A program made the position numbers and the translations under genes. DNA of 54,070 nt, counting the filler, from Circinaria calcarea (lineage: Eukaryota), in the NCBI GenBank assembly GCA_051942165.1. It is 4 parts of 4 records of this genome, joined end to end, with 100 filler letters (N's around TTAATTAATTAA, not from the genome) between each part and the next. Parts side by side here need not be neighbours in the genome. Positions count along the whole stretch, not along the records: positions 27,100 to 40,536 come from JAVECS010000502.1; positions 40,637 to 54,070 come from JAVECS010000503.1; 2 more parts are not named here. One strand, written 5' to 3'. Under the pieces are notes generated by a model that had not been told where the DNA came from, made no database searches, and worked only from the letters and a program-made list of their open reading frames with translations. Of the stretch, positions 37,601 to 50,003 are shown piece after piece (position 1 is the first letter of the stretch; the number at the start of each line of letters is the position of its first letter).

Positions 37601-39880
37601 GAAGATTTTGTATTGCTGGAAAGAATTGTTATTACTTGGGTAAGTATCTGACCAACCTGCTCAGTCATTATCGAGATAGTAGTCTCACTTTTGATGCCAT
37701 TCAAGACACAATCGAGTATTGTAACACCGGCATAGCATTTGGGAAATGCTTCCTTCCCAGGTTTCAACAAGGTTTGCAAATCATCAGATATACCTCGAAG
37801 GACTTTGGAGATTTGTCCTGGCGTGAGCGCGATTTCAATCTTTGATGCTACCACATCCAATAGCTTGTCATCCTCCCAGATGCTCTCGACGCAGCCTGAC
37901 ACCAATTCCGAGCTTATATATGATCTTTTTGAATTCTGCCATGCAACGAGCTGAGTTTGCCAGATTCCAATAAAACCACTAAGATCTCGCGCATGAACGA
38001 AAGCTTCTACTAAAAAAATAGCAATATCATTGAGTATGGTCGCATAAGTCTTCATCTTGTCTGATGAGCTTGCGGATTTGGAGCCTTTTCGTGCATCTAA
38101 AATACCAGAAATGGTAGCTTTAGCAAGCAACGGTGTCAACAGTTGACCATATGGTTGGAGCATGCGACCACTCGTTTCTGATTTGGCAGGGATTATCAGA
38201 TCTCCATCATTCTGCATACATAGGCTCACCAAATCCCAGTCGGTTGAGCGTTCAAACGTCTCATCAGAAAGTCCAGATACTTGTAAGAAGATCGCTTCCA
38301 ATGTTAGAGAATCCAATTTGATTTTGCTACTGATGGCAAATTGTAGTAACTGCCTTAGTACCGTGACTGAAGCCTGATGTGGTTTAACGGTAGTAGAAAC
38401 AGGGGACAATAGAGAGGCGCATCGAGCATGCTCGAGAAAGAGAAATTGAAGCCACGGGGTTTCCAGTATTCGCTGCTTGGAAGATCTTAGCGACAAACAT
38501 CTCAAACCAAGATCAAATAGGTAACTAATTGAGTCTAGAGTAGGATGGGAAGCCCCCTTGACCGAGAGATTCCGTAATTCCTCGGATGCAGCTTTTGACA
38601 ATGGTTCGAAAAGCTCCTCACACAAGGTCTTAGCTCCATGTATACTAGGATCCTTTGCTTTTCTTTGACGTAGAAATGCAGCCCGCGACGGAAGGATTAT
38701 GTGTCCTGCGATCAACTTCTCGAGCTCCAGGATGGTGCTGTTAGTACTAGAACGGGGCAGTCTATGGCAGACGTGCAATACATGTAAGATAGGTACTAGG
38801 CAATTGGTGGAAAAAGCTCGCTATTATATCATCAGTGGAACTTCCCAGACTTACAGCTCTGACCATACATTACTTAGTTGACCGGCAAGATCATCATTGG
38901 CTTCAGACCTCAGGTTCCATAGAGAGATCAATGGTAGAATTAGTGAAGCATGAATGTCAGTATTTTCGAGGAAACCATTTTGCCGGAGACTAATCAAAGC
39001 ATGTTTTGCAACGCAAAGAGAGTTGCCTAAAATCCTAGCAGCATCTTCAGGAGAACATTTGATGGCTGCTTTTATGTGCTCAGCGGCAAACCCTTGGACT
39101 CCTTCTGATTCATCCTCCGCATGTGTTTCGACTTGTCGAAGTGCGCTGCAGATAGCAAGGTACAATTCACAAGCCCTAATCGACGAAGACTCCAAAATTC
39201 CTGCAGATGCTATTTCCCCGTTATCCAGTTTACGCTTCCTGGACTTTTTGGCTGGTGTAGCAAAAGGGACGTCTAGTGTAGCCGAGCTAGAGCTGTTACC
39301 TGAGTCCGGCAAACTGAGGTCGGGTATAACTCGGAGTTCCCTTTCGCGGTTTAGATATCGATTTAGCCATTGCAGAACACGATCCGCTGTGACTGTGAAT
39401 TTGAGGCTGCTCAGCATACGGGCGGCAATAGACGTCGGAACACGGGCAAGCAGTATTCTCAGAAGAATCCATGCTTGCGGCTGTGAACAAAGACTATACT
39501 CCGATCAGATCATCTGCAGGAGGATGTGTATATACAGTCTTGGAGAAGGAGTATTCCTGTACCTATTTTCTTGAATTTCCTCCACGTTCAACCTTTTGAG
39601 CAGCCATCGCATGAACCACTCTTCTTTCGGCCCAGAACCGATTGAATGCTGCTTTTCAGCATCTTCAGAGCTCCAGATCACTCGAGCATCATGTTGATTT
39701 ATTTCTAGGATTTCAAAAGCCTCGGTAATCTGCACCACGGCGTCCTCGTCACTTCTATCAAGTGCGGTAATACGTTGTTGAAGAGTGTTGGCAGTGGTGA
39801 CTGTCGCCTGGTTAATGTCAGTGACACTCGCTCTAGTATGAAGCATGGAATTATATACATACCGCAGAATTAAGTGCCAT
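34653..39880 (-). CDS. URB2: Nucleolar pre-ribosomal-associated protein Urb2/Npa2, multi-exon
   Basis: C-terminal Urb2 domain (HRTKLGGRFHLVVSALQGLLRCLF..LDPGLYAVFD..AALDSAGRAIFKVLYDDYRRFGRWQG); N-terminal KEEWFMRWLLKRL; successive minus-strand exons; ATG 39880 followed by GTATGT donor. Confidence 0.85.
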
Positions 39881-40140
39881 GAAAGGCGTAGAAGTATTGC
39901 GTACGGGATAGTCCTTTGAATTTCTACATGTCGTGAAATATTTTTGAAGCTCTGCTCTGATTGGCTGAAGCTTTTCCCTGAACTTGCCGAACAACATTAC
40001 AATCCACTACTACCAAAGCTCCGGATAACGACTTTCTCACAACCTAAACACACCCAGCATCAATTCCCCTTCAGGTAAGTGAGATTCTCTCTGGAAAATT
40101 GAAGCTTTGCTAACAGACACTGTGTTTTCCAGCCGGCGCA

Positions 40141-40510
40141 ATGGCTGATTCACAGCCGTCCACTCCCTCCTCGTCAGTCGTATACGCAAAGAAACCTGCC
40201 AGCGAGACCTTACTCAACGATAAGGTACGCAAACTATCTCACAGCCATGACGGGTTTCTGTCAAGTACGATTGAATAGTCGTCTTCAACGGGCTCACCAT
40301 AACTCGTTTCTGCTGCCAAACCTGCCAAATTACGCGTGGCTAATACTATGATCGTCTAGTGGGATCATGCGATCTCTTCTTTCCTCATCAGGTCAACACT
40401 CGGCCTCTCATTCGGCGTTGTATTCTCAGTTCTACTCTTCAAACGGAGAGCTTGGCCAGCATGGGTTGGATTAGGATTTGGAGCAGGCCGGGCATGGGAG
40501 GAAGCTGATG
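40141..40510 (+). CDS. MIC10: MICOS subunit Mic10, 3'-truncated at contig edge
   Basis: MADSQPSTPSSS..SETLLNDK / WDHAISSFLIRSTLGLSFGVVFSVLLFKRRAWPAWVGLGFGAGRAWEEAD (GxxxG helices, KRR loop); not in the ORF track. Confidence 0.9.
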
Positions 40511-40536
40511 GTATCTACTGGTCATATGGTGTCTAC

Positions 40537-40636
40537 NNNNNNNNNNNNNNNNNNNNNNNNNNNNNNNNNNNNNNNNNNNNTTAATTAATTAANNNNNNNN
40601 NNNNNNNNNNNNNNNNNNNNNNNNNNNNNNNNNNNN
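40537..40636. other. Artificial contig-joining spacer
   Basis: N44-TTAATTAATTAA-N44. Confidence 0.97.
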
Positions 40637-41995
40637 CATGCCAGCGAGTTGCTTGTGGAAATCACCCTCTTCAACCTTGACACGTCTCTTTGCAACTTTC
40701 TCACTGGGCTCGTTGTACAGCGATGAATGAGTCTTTAACTGGAAGAACAGATATGCCCCGTAAACCAGTAGGAGAAGAACAGAAGTACCCCGGGATAAAG
40801 CGGCAACGTGAGATAGATTGTCAGTTCCGGTGCCACTTGCGAATTGAGTAAACGTAGTAGGAATGATAAGGCTACCCACAGCCAAGGCTAGCAGGCTCGT
40901 GGCTGTTTGTGCAACAGTTTTGTTGAAACACTGTTTCACCCGGCTGAGACCTCCAAGGAAGAAGCACATGCCCAACACAAGTAAAAGGTTGGATAATATA
41001 CTGCCGATCAAAGACGTCTGCACAATGAGCACCTCGTCCTTCGCCAGGGCGATAATTGACACAATCAGTTCGACAGCATTTCTATTCCTTCCTCAGCTCG
41101 ATGACCCAGGACTCGAAAGGACTTCTTACTTACCCAAACGTTGCATTCAGCAATCCACCAAGTGTCTCGCCGACCCGTAATGCAATCTCTTCAGTCGCGT
41201 AACTCAGCATGGCTGCCAACGGGATAATCGCAATGAAATTGACCACAAACACCGCAATGGGAGGAACTCCAGCGAAGTTGAGAGCAATACCGACGGGAAC
41301 CGCGATTAGAAGTACGTTGATCCAAGAGTTGAAAAGTGTTCCTCTGATTTGGGAAATCAGGGTGAAGTGCTGCTTTGGTTTCTTGGATTTCCCCGTCGTC
41401 GTCCGTTCTAGTTCCGTATCACTCTTCTCCCCACGCTTCAAGTGTAATTTACTCATCAAGCCTCCCGATTTCCGTTTGCGAGCTTGACTGTCGCCAGTCC
41501 TGTTTTCATCGATCAGAGTGTCATCGGTCGTGGCAGCGGAATCCTGGCTGTTCTCCTTGCGATCCTTTTCTGGATCGTTCTCTGGGTTGGTTGGCAGCGC
41601 TCGTGAAGATGAGGGCTGATTTCTTACTCGACCATCCGCAGGCATTGTATTGGCGTGATTCGTGCCAATGGTATCTGGTCCGTAGGCTGACTGCCGGTTT
41701 GTCTCTATCAACGGGGGCGCAAAGTCGGCCGAGCGATAAGTCCCCTCCCGCGCAAGGTGTCCAGTGCCCACTCCACTCTCGATATCATGACTGCTGGTAT
41801 TCCGACTCCGGGCCCTGACCTTGGCGAAAGGGTTGTAGTTTGGCTTCCCGTCCTCTTCAGCGTACCATGCCGACTGGCGGGCTGTTCTCTTGATTTTATC
41901 TGACACTCTGTTAACAATGGGGTTGTCCCCACCCGAGCGCAATCATGCGCGCATGTGAAGCTGAAGTCGGATGGTCCCAGTGATGACTTACGCAT
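40637..41995 (-). CDS. VCX1: Vacuolar Ca2+/H+ exchanger (CAX family) with long N-terminal extension, 3'-truncated
   Basis: NFIAIIPLAAMLSYATEE, GGLLNATFG/NAVELIVSIIAL, LIGSILSNLLLVLGMCFF, LSRGTSVLLLLVYGAYLFFQLKTH; likely ATG 41995 plus intron giving MHKIKRTARQ. Confidence 0.85.
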
Positions 41996-43591
41996 TATGA
42001 TGGAGGATATAATCCCGACCAGCTGTGGCGATACCTTATCCACTAGAGCCACGGGTCAGCGTTTTAGCGTGTCCAACGGTTCGGCGTCAACGGTCTCACG
42101 GTGCAGTATTTGGGGGCTGCTCTTAGTGCGAGAACTCAAGCCACACACGAAAGGATGCTCCGCCTGGCCTGCGCAGAGCCGCGTCTGATGAAGGTAAATT
42201 CCACGACTCTGCTCAAGGATCTGGAGTGGTGGCGATATGAGAAAAGATCCGGGTCAGTGGATGGTATTCAAAAGGGCTACGGGGTATGGCGTGGGAAGAA
42301 CTGATTGAGTTGACTGGGATACGTCTTGATCCTTGCTTCGTTTTGTTTTGTATGTTTTGTTTCGTTTCGTGGCTTGGGCCCGGGCTCGGGCCGGGCCGGG
42401 TGAAACTAGGCTGGAATGTCTTGGTAGGTACGAGGCGGTTACTTAGGCAATCATTTATGCGACGGTGAGTTTATTCGATGGAGGAAGCAGTACGGAGTAC
42501 GTGTGAAGTGAGGGGATCAACTTCAAGGGACATATATGTATGCAAACACGATAACTGGTTTCCAGCGAAATCCACAATCTGATGTTGCCCGGCTCGGGAG
42601 GGTAGCTACCCACGCCCATTTCGATGACGCTTTTTTTTATCCTCTAGCCTTGTTGTGTTATCCCCTAGTGTTGGCGAGGGAATAGTCCGGATGAACTTCT
42701 AGTGTATCGTCATTATGTTTGCAATACCGGACGGAGGTTACCGTGTACCTCCTGCTGTACAACTGGCACATACTATCTCAGGTACGATTGGTTGACTGGC
42801 TACTCTTAGGCCTGATCATCGGCTTGCCGGCTAAGCGGAAGGGGAATGAGGCCAAAGCAGAACACAAATCAGGGCAAACGCCACACCACCAGATTTTAGT
42901 GTGGTCTTGGTACGGAGACTCCCACATGGCTGGGAGCTTGTTTCCGAATCGAAATGCTTGTTTTCCGCCCGGGGAGGCAAATCACGTTAGTTTCGTCTTT
43001 CATTATCCATTACAGCCACACAGCCTCTGTGAAGCGAATTCATCCCGGCCGTGTGGCTTCAGGCTTGGTGTGCGGTGGCGGTGGCAATTGGCCACAGCGA
43101 CGATGGAAAGTCGGGTCTTGGTGGGGTAATTCAGATGATGGATGTGTGAGTGGCTACTGGCAGATAAAAGGAAATATTCCATGCAATCCGAAGAAAGCGG
43201 AGTAAAACCAGATTGATAGCAGTCCAAGTACTTACTGTGTATAAACTGTATGCAAACCCCATACTGGATCAACGATATGGCCGTCTGCAGCGTGATGTCA
43301 TCATTGGCTTTAGATTCAAGCATTTAGGGCTGAGTCCGAACTGCATCAAGTCTTTTCTTCGAACTGATGAGAATCGCACTCTCGAACGCGAAAGTCATGT
43401 CTATAGCGGTATTTCCTGAAAGGGTACCGTGATTGGTAGATGTGAACGTCGTGTCTTTTCTATCTAACCTCACCCCGCTGACTGTCCACGTAAAGCCAGC
43501 CCGCTCAAATACCATGATATCAGAAGCGAGATACGACCCACAGCTTGTTCCGGGAAGAACAAGGCCATAAAGTTTCCATTTATGTTGCTTC

Positions 43592-46500
43592 ATGCCAATC
43601 AGGGCCATGCCCGGAGTCCCTCACGCCGAACCGCGAGGCTCGCAGCTCTATCGAGTCAGCACTGGGAACACCGACGAGACCAGCTCCATTGCAGAAGTGA
43701 CCGGAGCTACTAGCGAGGCTGGAACGGATGAGCATGGACGCCTCGACCATCAGAAATTAGCTGAAGGGGAAAGCTTCCCGGCCAGTTTGGTCTGCTCTTT
43801 GGGGGTTCACGACGAAGGATTCTCGAAGGAAGATGCCCTCCTGGACGTCTCGTTATTTCCCGAGGGTACTGTCAACGTCGGTGACTACATACGAATCGTT
43901 GCCTGTGACACAGATTCCCTGCTCCATGGCACTTGGCGCCCGGAGATCGGGCGCCAACAGGCCACTAATAGTCACGGCTCATCAGGTTCGATCAGACATG
44001 ACCATTTCCAAAGGTTCAGAAAGCTAAGGAGCGGTTTAGATAAGCCCGGGAGCAAATTGGTCGGAGACAGGTCATATGTATATGTGGTGAAGAAATCATG
44101 CGTCGGGCTGAACTCAAGGCAGCCGACTATTGAGGTTGGCAATGCTCTTCCGAGGACAACGATGGCTCCCAGTTTAATATGATCATATCCCCCAGGTCTG
44201 CATCGCCAAACGTATAGCTGATGCCCTCGGTTTCAAGCAACGAAGTCCGGTTACCGTGACAAAGGTAAGAGAGTCGACATGGGACCGTAGCATGAGAGCT
44301 AACACGGGGAAACGTGCAGGTAGACAAGGACGCTTACTCGGCCTCTCATGTAGAGCTCGCCTTTCGAGATGCATATCTTACCCGTGCTGATATGTGGCGT
44401 TTGGTTGTTTCGGAGCTGGCTGATAAATCTGTCTACAAAGGCCAGAGGCTACATTTCATGGGTACGAGAAAAGCTCAGATCAAGGCAATCTATATTCATG
44501 GACAGAAAGTTCCATCTGCGTTCTTTGGCCCATCTACCAAACCAATCTTCCGCAGTGAATCCGCTAGATATGTCTTGTATATCCAGATGTCCAAGGAGAT
44601 GTGGGATTTCGATACCGATGGGACTGGCGAAATCATGTTTCACAAGGTCATCAACGGTTTCCTTCCCGAACTCTTCAAACGCTGGGAAGATCTTGACGCA
44701 CGTCATTTAGTTAGCGTTATTCTCTTCACTCGGCTCGAATATGACAGGCCCTTGACGACTGGCACAGAGGGACAGGAAGCCGATGCAAGAGATGGTGATG
44801 CTGCTACAAATCCGCAAGCTCTACCCTTCAAAGACTTTTACAGAGTCCTTATCATTGACATGTCTTCAAGGGAATGGGCCGCCATACTGACAGAACTGAA
44901 AAGGGAGTTTAGGGTTTTTCTTCGGGATGTGTCCATACGGACAACTACGCCCACAGATGCTTCGCCATTAAGGGCGGCGGCGGAATATGTCCTGTCGAGC
45001 ACAGTCGCATCAGAAGTTATCGATGGACGTCCGGCAGCAGCAAGTAGGGGCAATATCCTCGAGGCCATAAATCTAGCATCGTCACAGTTCTCTGGAGATT
45101 ACATTGACCGTGACCTGGTGAGGACTGGATTGGCCATCATCATAATCTCGCCTGGTACAGGAGTCTTCGAAGTCGACCAGAATATGCTGTCCATGACCTC
45201 TGATACTCTCATTGAGAATGGCATAGGTATTGACCTGGTGTGTTTGTCGAGGATGCCACTGCACTCAGTACCCCTATTGAAATATCAAAAAACAAAGTCT
45301 TCCAAGCAACTTCCAAGCCAACCTGCGAGCCAACTGAATACCCTTCTTGATTCGGACAGCGCAAAGTGGAATTTCGAGAAAAGAAGTCCATTATCCGAGT
45401 CCTCCATACCGGACGATAGTGCAACCTTACATCAGTCAGGTAATAGAGCTGGATCCAAGACCACGTGGCATTACGGCATACCTCATTGGATCGATGTGTC
45501 GTTCTGGACAGCGCCGTCTTTTAATGGGAGCAATTCAAGTTCAAAGAAGGGAACTCTTAATCTTGCAAGTTCACTAACTGCGTCAAAGCGCAAAGTATTT
45601 TTGCCGAGAGTCCGCATGTACGAACTACAGATGATGGGAGTAATGGAGAATGAGATGAGCAACATATCAATCCCATATATAGACCAACCTTCTTCGAAGC
45701 GAGTCTCTACGTCTAATGATCCTAAGTCAGCAAAGCACCTAGGCGATTTCTCGGTTTCACCAAGTTCAGAGAATATGAACACACATTGCGATCTGCTCCA
45801 CTGGATGGATGACCACGATGCCATGCTTTTCCGACACCCTCTACACAGAAAAGCCACTAAGAAGGTCTCAAAGGTGCCCCTATCAGCTAAGAAACCAGCT
45901 CAGCTCACACCTGATTGGGACAAAGATGCACCTACTCGTAACATGTCGCCAAGTATGGGGTCCGGCAGCATGACTGTTGCAGAAAGGTCGGTCTACCTGA
46001 ACTCATCTACACGGGATCAACATCAAAGACACGGAGTTCCCGACCATAAGCCTAGCACAGGTAGTGTTGGACGGGGTGATCGAAAGCCGCCCATCAGGAA
46101 TACAAACTTATCACGCCAAATTAGTTTCGGCCTTCGTGGCTTTGGTGGGACAGCGCCGAAATCCGTTCCCGTCATCGAAGTGTCGACTGAAAATGCGCAG
46201 TACGCGTCGCTGCTCACTCGTGGGTTACGGGCTCAACCGGCATCATTAGGAAGCCAATCCGCAGTCACTCTGGGGCTAAACAAAAATGCCGACGCACGTC
46301 CATCTTCAGACGCAATACCCATAAACAACGGCAAGCCGACCTTGGAAACGTCGCATACTCTAGATAATTTTCATTCCGCTCAGCCAATCACTATCAGGCC
46401 AGGAAATCAGACGATCAGCATGCCTGATGGCCTCCATAGACTCGATAAACCTGAATGCGAAAAATTCACCGACTCGCTCCAAGAACTACCGGAGGCGAAC

Positions 46501-49074
46501 GTTGCCCTTGAGTCCCAACAAAATCCCATCACGCTTTCGTCGAGCAGTGCTATGGCCCCGTGGTTAACGGTACTGAACCCTTCAAATCCCCGTAAGGTCT
46601 GGGCGAATGAAAACAGTCGACTCGGTAGGTGGCACCACGTCTTCCCTCGCCCAATGCGAGCCTCAAATATCAAGTGGAAATCTCTATGTGCTCCAGCTTC
46701 TATGCCCCTGACTACAGAAGATTCTCCAACAGCCGATCAGCTGGCTGCGCAGTATGAGGAAATTAGTTATACGGTTTCTGCGGCCAAGGAAGACTCTTTG
46801 GCCGAAGAAGTAAAAACAGACCAATGGCTCATGAGGGAACTCATCAGTGCTCGTTTGTCTCAGGGGTTTCAAATTGTCGTAGGTCGTCAAGCTTCACCAT
46901 CAGATGATAAGTTCTCAGTTTTTGAGCTGGGAATTTTCAACGACAATTTAATTGGCCGTGTTGGCATTAGGATCTTGATGTCCAAAGGCAACACTATTCA
47001 TCAGCTATCCTTGATCAATGAAGGCATCGTCGAAGTCAAGCAACATCTACGACGATCCGTGGTCACCAGTAGTCAAGAAGACTCATTGATCCTATATAAG
47101 CCAGCCATAAGAACGGTTCTCAATCGGACTTATGTAACTCGTACATTTGCCATTTCTTCGCCACACGAAGTTTACGATTGGCATCGGTTAGACACCTTCA
47201 TTGCTAGCCATGAGGAACAGAAACTGGAACAGTACCCGGATAGCCTTCGGTTCTGGCGTGCCCGATTTGTACTAATACCCGTGGATCATCCGTCAAATAG
47301 CAAGCGTCCGTTACAGTCGGCAAACGAAGATAACGAGGAGGAGATACGGTTAGAAGGTATTCGCAAACTTACTCAACTATGGCAAAAACATCGATACATT
47401 CCTCAAACTGAGCGACGTTTTCAGAGCTCATCACGTAAGCGCCGAGACAACAACCCGCTCGATATTATATATCAGACAAGGAACCCATCCGCGATCGTAG
47501 CCGCGGAACTAGACAGTACACTGCTCATAGCAACTGAGACGAATGAGGGGAAGCCATCACAACTACTACCGGAGAATGACTTGTACGAGAGGACTAATCT
47601 CAACCTCGCCAGTCTCGCGCAGGCTATTCAAAGCGATCGAGGTGTGAAGCTTATGGATAGGCGATGGCATTGGAGGCTACACTACAACTGTTTTATCGGT
47701 ATCGAGTTTACAACATGGCTCCTGAATAACTTCAAAGATGTAGATTCTCGCGAGGAGGCAGTCGAGCTAGGTAACGAGTTGATGGAAAGCGGTCTTTTCC
47801 AGCACGTCGAGCAAAGGCACAACTTCCGGGACGGTAACTTTTTCTACCAGATCGCCAGTGAGTTCAGAATGCCGCGTGTGGAGTCCAGAAGCGGCTGGTT
47901 TGGAAGTCGAAGATCGGATCAGTCAATGCCTTCAACGCCAGTCACTGAAGGCATGAGAAATCTTGCCACGGGGTTACATTCACGTGCCAGTTCCAACGGG
48001 GACGAGTTGCCGGATGGAGATTCTCCAACGCCACCAGGCAAGAGAAGGCTCGGTGTCGCCCTTTCCAAAGGCTTGACGTACGACGTGGATCACCGAAAGA
48101 AGTCGTACAGGAACGAACTGATCAATCTACATTACGATAGAATATCCTCAGCCGACGATTGCTACCACCTGAGAATACACTGGCTAAACGTAACGCCCAA
48201 GCTTATCGAAGATTCGATTGTGAGCTGGGCGACATCTGCGGAACGCTTCGGCCTCAGGCTCGTCGAGCTACCGATTGGTGAGGCCTCGAGGATCCACGAG
48301 GTCCACCCCTTTCGATCTTCATACCGAATCAGACTGGCAAAGTACCCACCCGAGAGACAGCCGCAGACATATTTTGATGCGACGTCACTCGCCCCTCAGG
48401 CTGTCCCTGGGCAGTCTCACTCATATCAGAAGGCGATCCTGAAGAAGTTCAACTTTGTCTTGGACCTCGAGGCTGCCAAGGACTTTCCACCGTCTGTGGA
48501 AGTCACCTACTCTTGGGGCAAGCCGGATTACCATTATCCCCAGTACATTTCACGCGAAGGCGTCCTCCTGGCCCAGATCACCGATGATGGCGACTTCTTA
48601 CTGCTTGCCAACAGGCTGTACAACAACAGAAGTGCGGGAGCCAAAGATGTCGGCAAAGCAGGAGCTACGGAACCCCTGGGTCGTGCTGCAGGATCTCAAA
48701 GGTCGCCGGCCCGGATCCATGGGAACCTACATGGAACCTCTCCACGCGTGTCACCCTTTTCCTCGCCGATGATTCGCGCCACACCCGATGTAGGCCTCGG
48801 CTTTGCTCGTTCGGAGCTGGTGACACCCGAAAAGATCGCCAACGAACTAGAGGCGTTTTGCAAAGATGCCGAAGCGTTGACGAAGTTCTATGAAGAGGTC
48901 CTCCACCCAACGACGAGCTCGACACCCGGTACGCCGGCGATAGGAGATGGCAGCATCCCTGTGCTGGGACTGCCATCGCATCTCAACCTCCGGGGCGATT
49001 CGTCCACCGACCTGGATGCCCTTGGCAGCCTCAAGGGGCCGAAGGCCAAGAGCACAAGTCCGAATGCCGGCTAG
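43592..49074 (+). CDS. IML1: Vacuolar membrane-associated protein Iml1 (SEACIT/GATOR1 DEPDC5 ortholog)
   Basis: IFRSESARYVLYIQMSKEMWDFD, RGNILEAINLA, GIGIDLVCLSRMPLHSVPL, GRWHHVFP, KWKSLCAPASMPLT, RLSQGFQ, DEP domain (DRRWHWRLHYNCFIG..HNFRDGNFFY); two short 5' introns. Confidence 0.95.
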
Positions 49075-50003
49075 TGCAGCCGAGACGTAGAGGCAAACAC
49101 GAGGTCTCGTTCAGAGCGGTACATGAGATACGCATGTTGCGCCGCCAGGGTAGCTTGGTAATCTAGATGCCCGTCAAATCTACATGCGACGGTCCAGCCG
49201 GCTCCCTTGTGATCGAACCATGTCATGGAAACACGAACGGGTGACATGGAGAGTGCAACCGCTTCCGGCACCTCCGTCTGCTGGTGTAGTCTTGTAGAAT
49301 AGGCAGATGATTGCTCTCCGTGCTGGAGCAAGCCTGATCAATCAACGGCCCTAAGGTATGTCGTCTTGATATGTTTGATGTGGTAAAGCATCCGTCGATT
49401 CCTTGCAGAATTATGGTATGGCTACCAAGGCCCCCCCCCCGAGCTCTGCCAATATATCCGTCCCCTTTCGGTTGCGGAGCTGATTGCCTGATTTGGCTGA
49501 AATGACGATAGATCAATTGGCGGTTAGACTTCGTCCTTAGTGTCCTTCTTGGTGTCTTCTTAGAGCCTTCTTCCGGGCCGGCCAAAACTCCGTATCCCGC
49601 TCTCCTTCGAACACCGGACACACCTCCAAAGACGACTCGCGCAATGCCACACCGCTTCTTCTCATTTTTTCCTTTCCTCCCGGTCGGGGAGTCGTTGTAC
49701 TACTACTTACTACCGCAGATTAATGGTAATGATATTAATGAAGCCATCTCCTTAGACTCTCCCTTCACCCCCTCAGAGAATTCCATTCTTATTCACTCAC
49801 TCTGCTGACGCCTACCTGACTTACGCCGCTGCATTACTGCCCGTTCCTTTACTCAACACCCTTCCTCGCAACCGGCGACGCCCGGATCGTGGTAGCGATG
49901 GGCGTCGAAGTCGCAGCGTTCCGGCAGCAATATCCCTAACATATAGCAAACGTCCCCTCTGCGCAGCTGTCTCTGAAGTCCTCCCAACCCACCTTGTTCC
50001 AAC

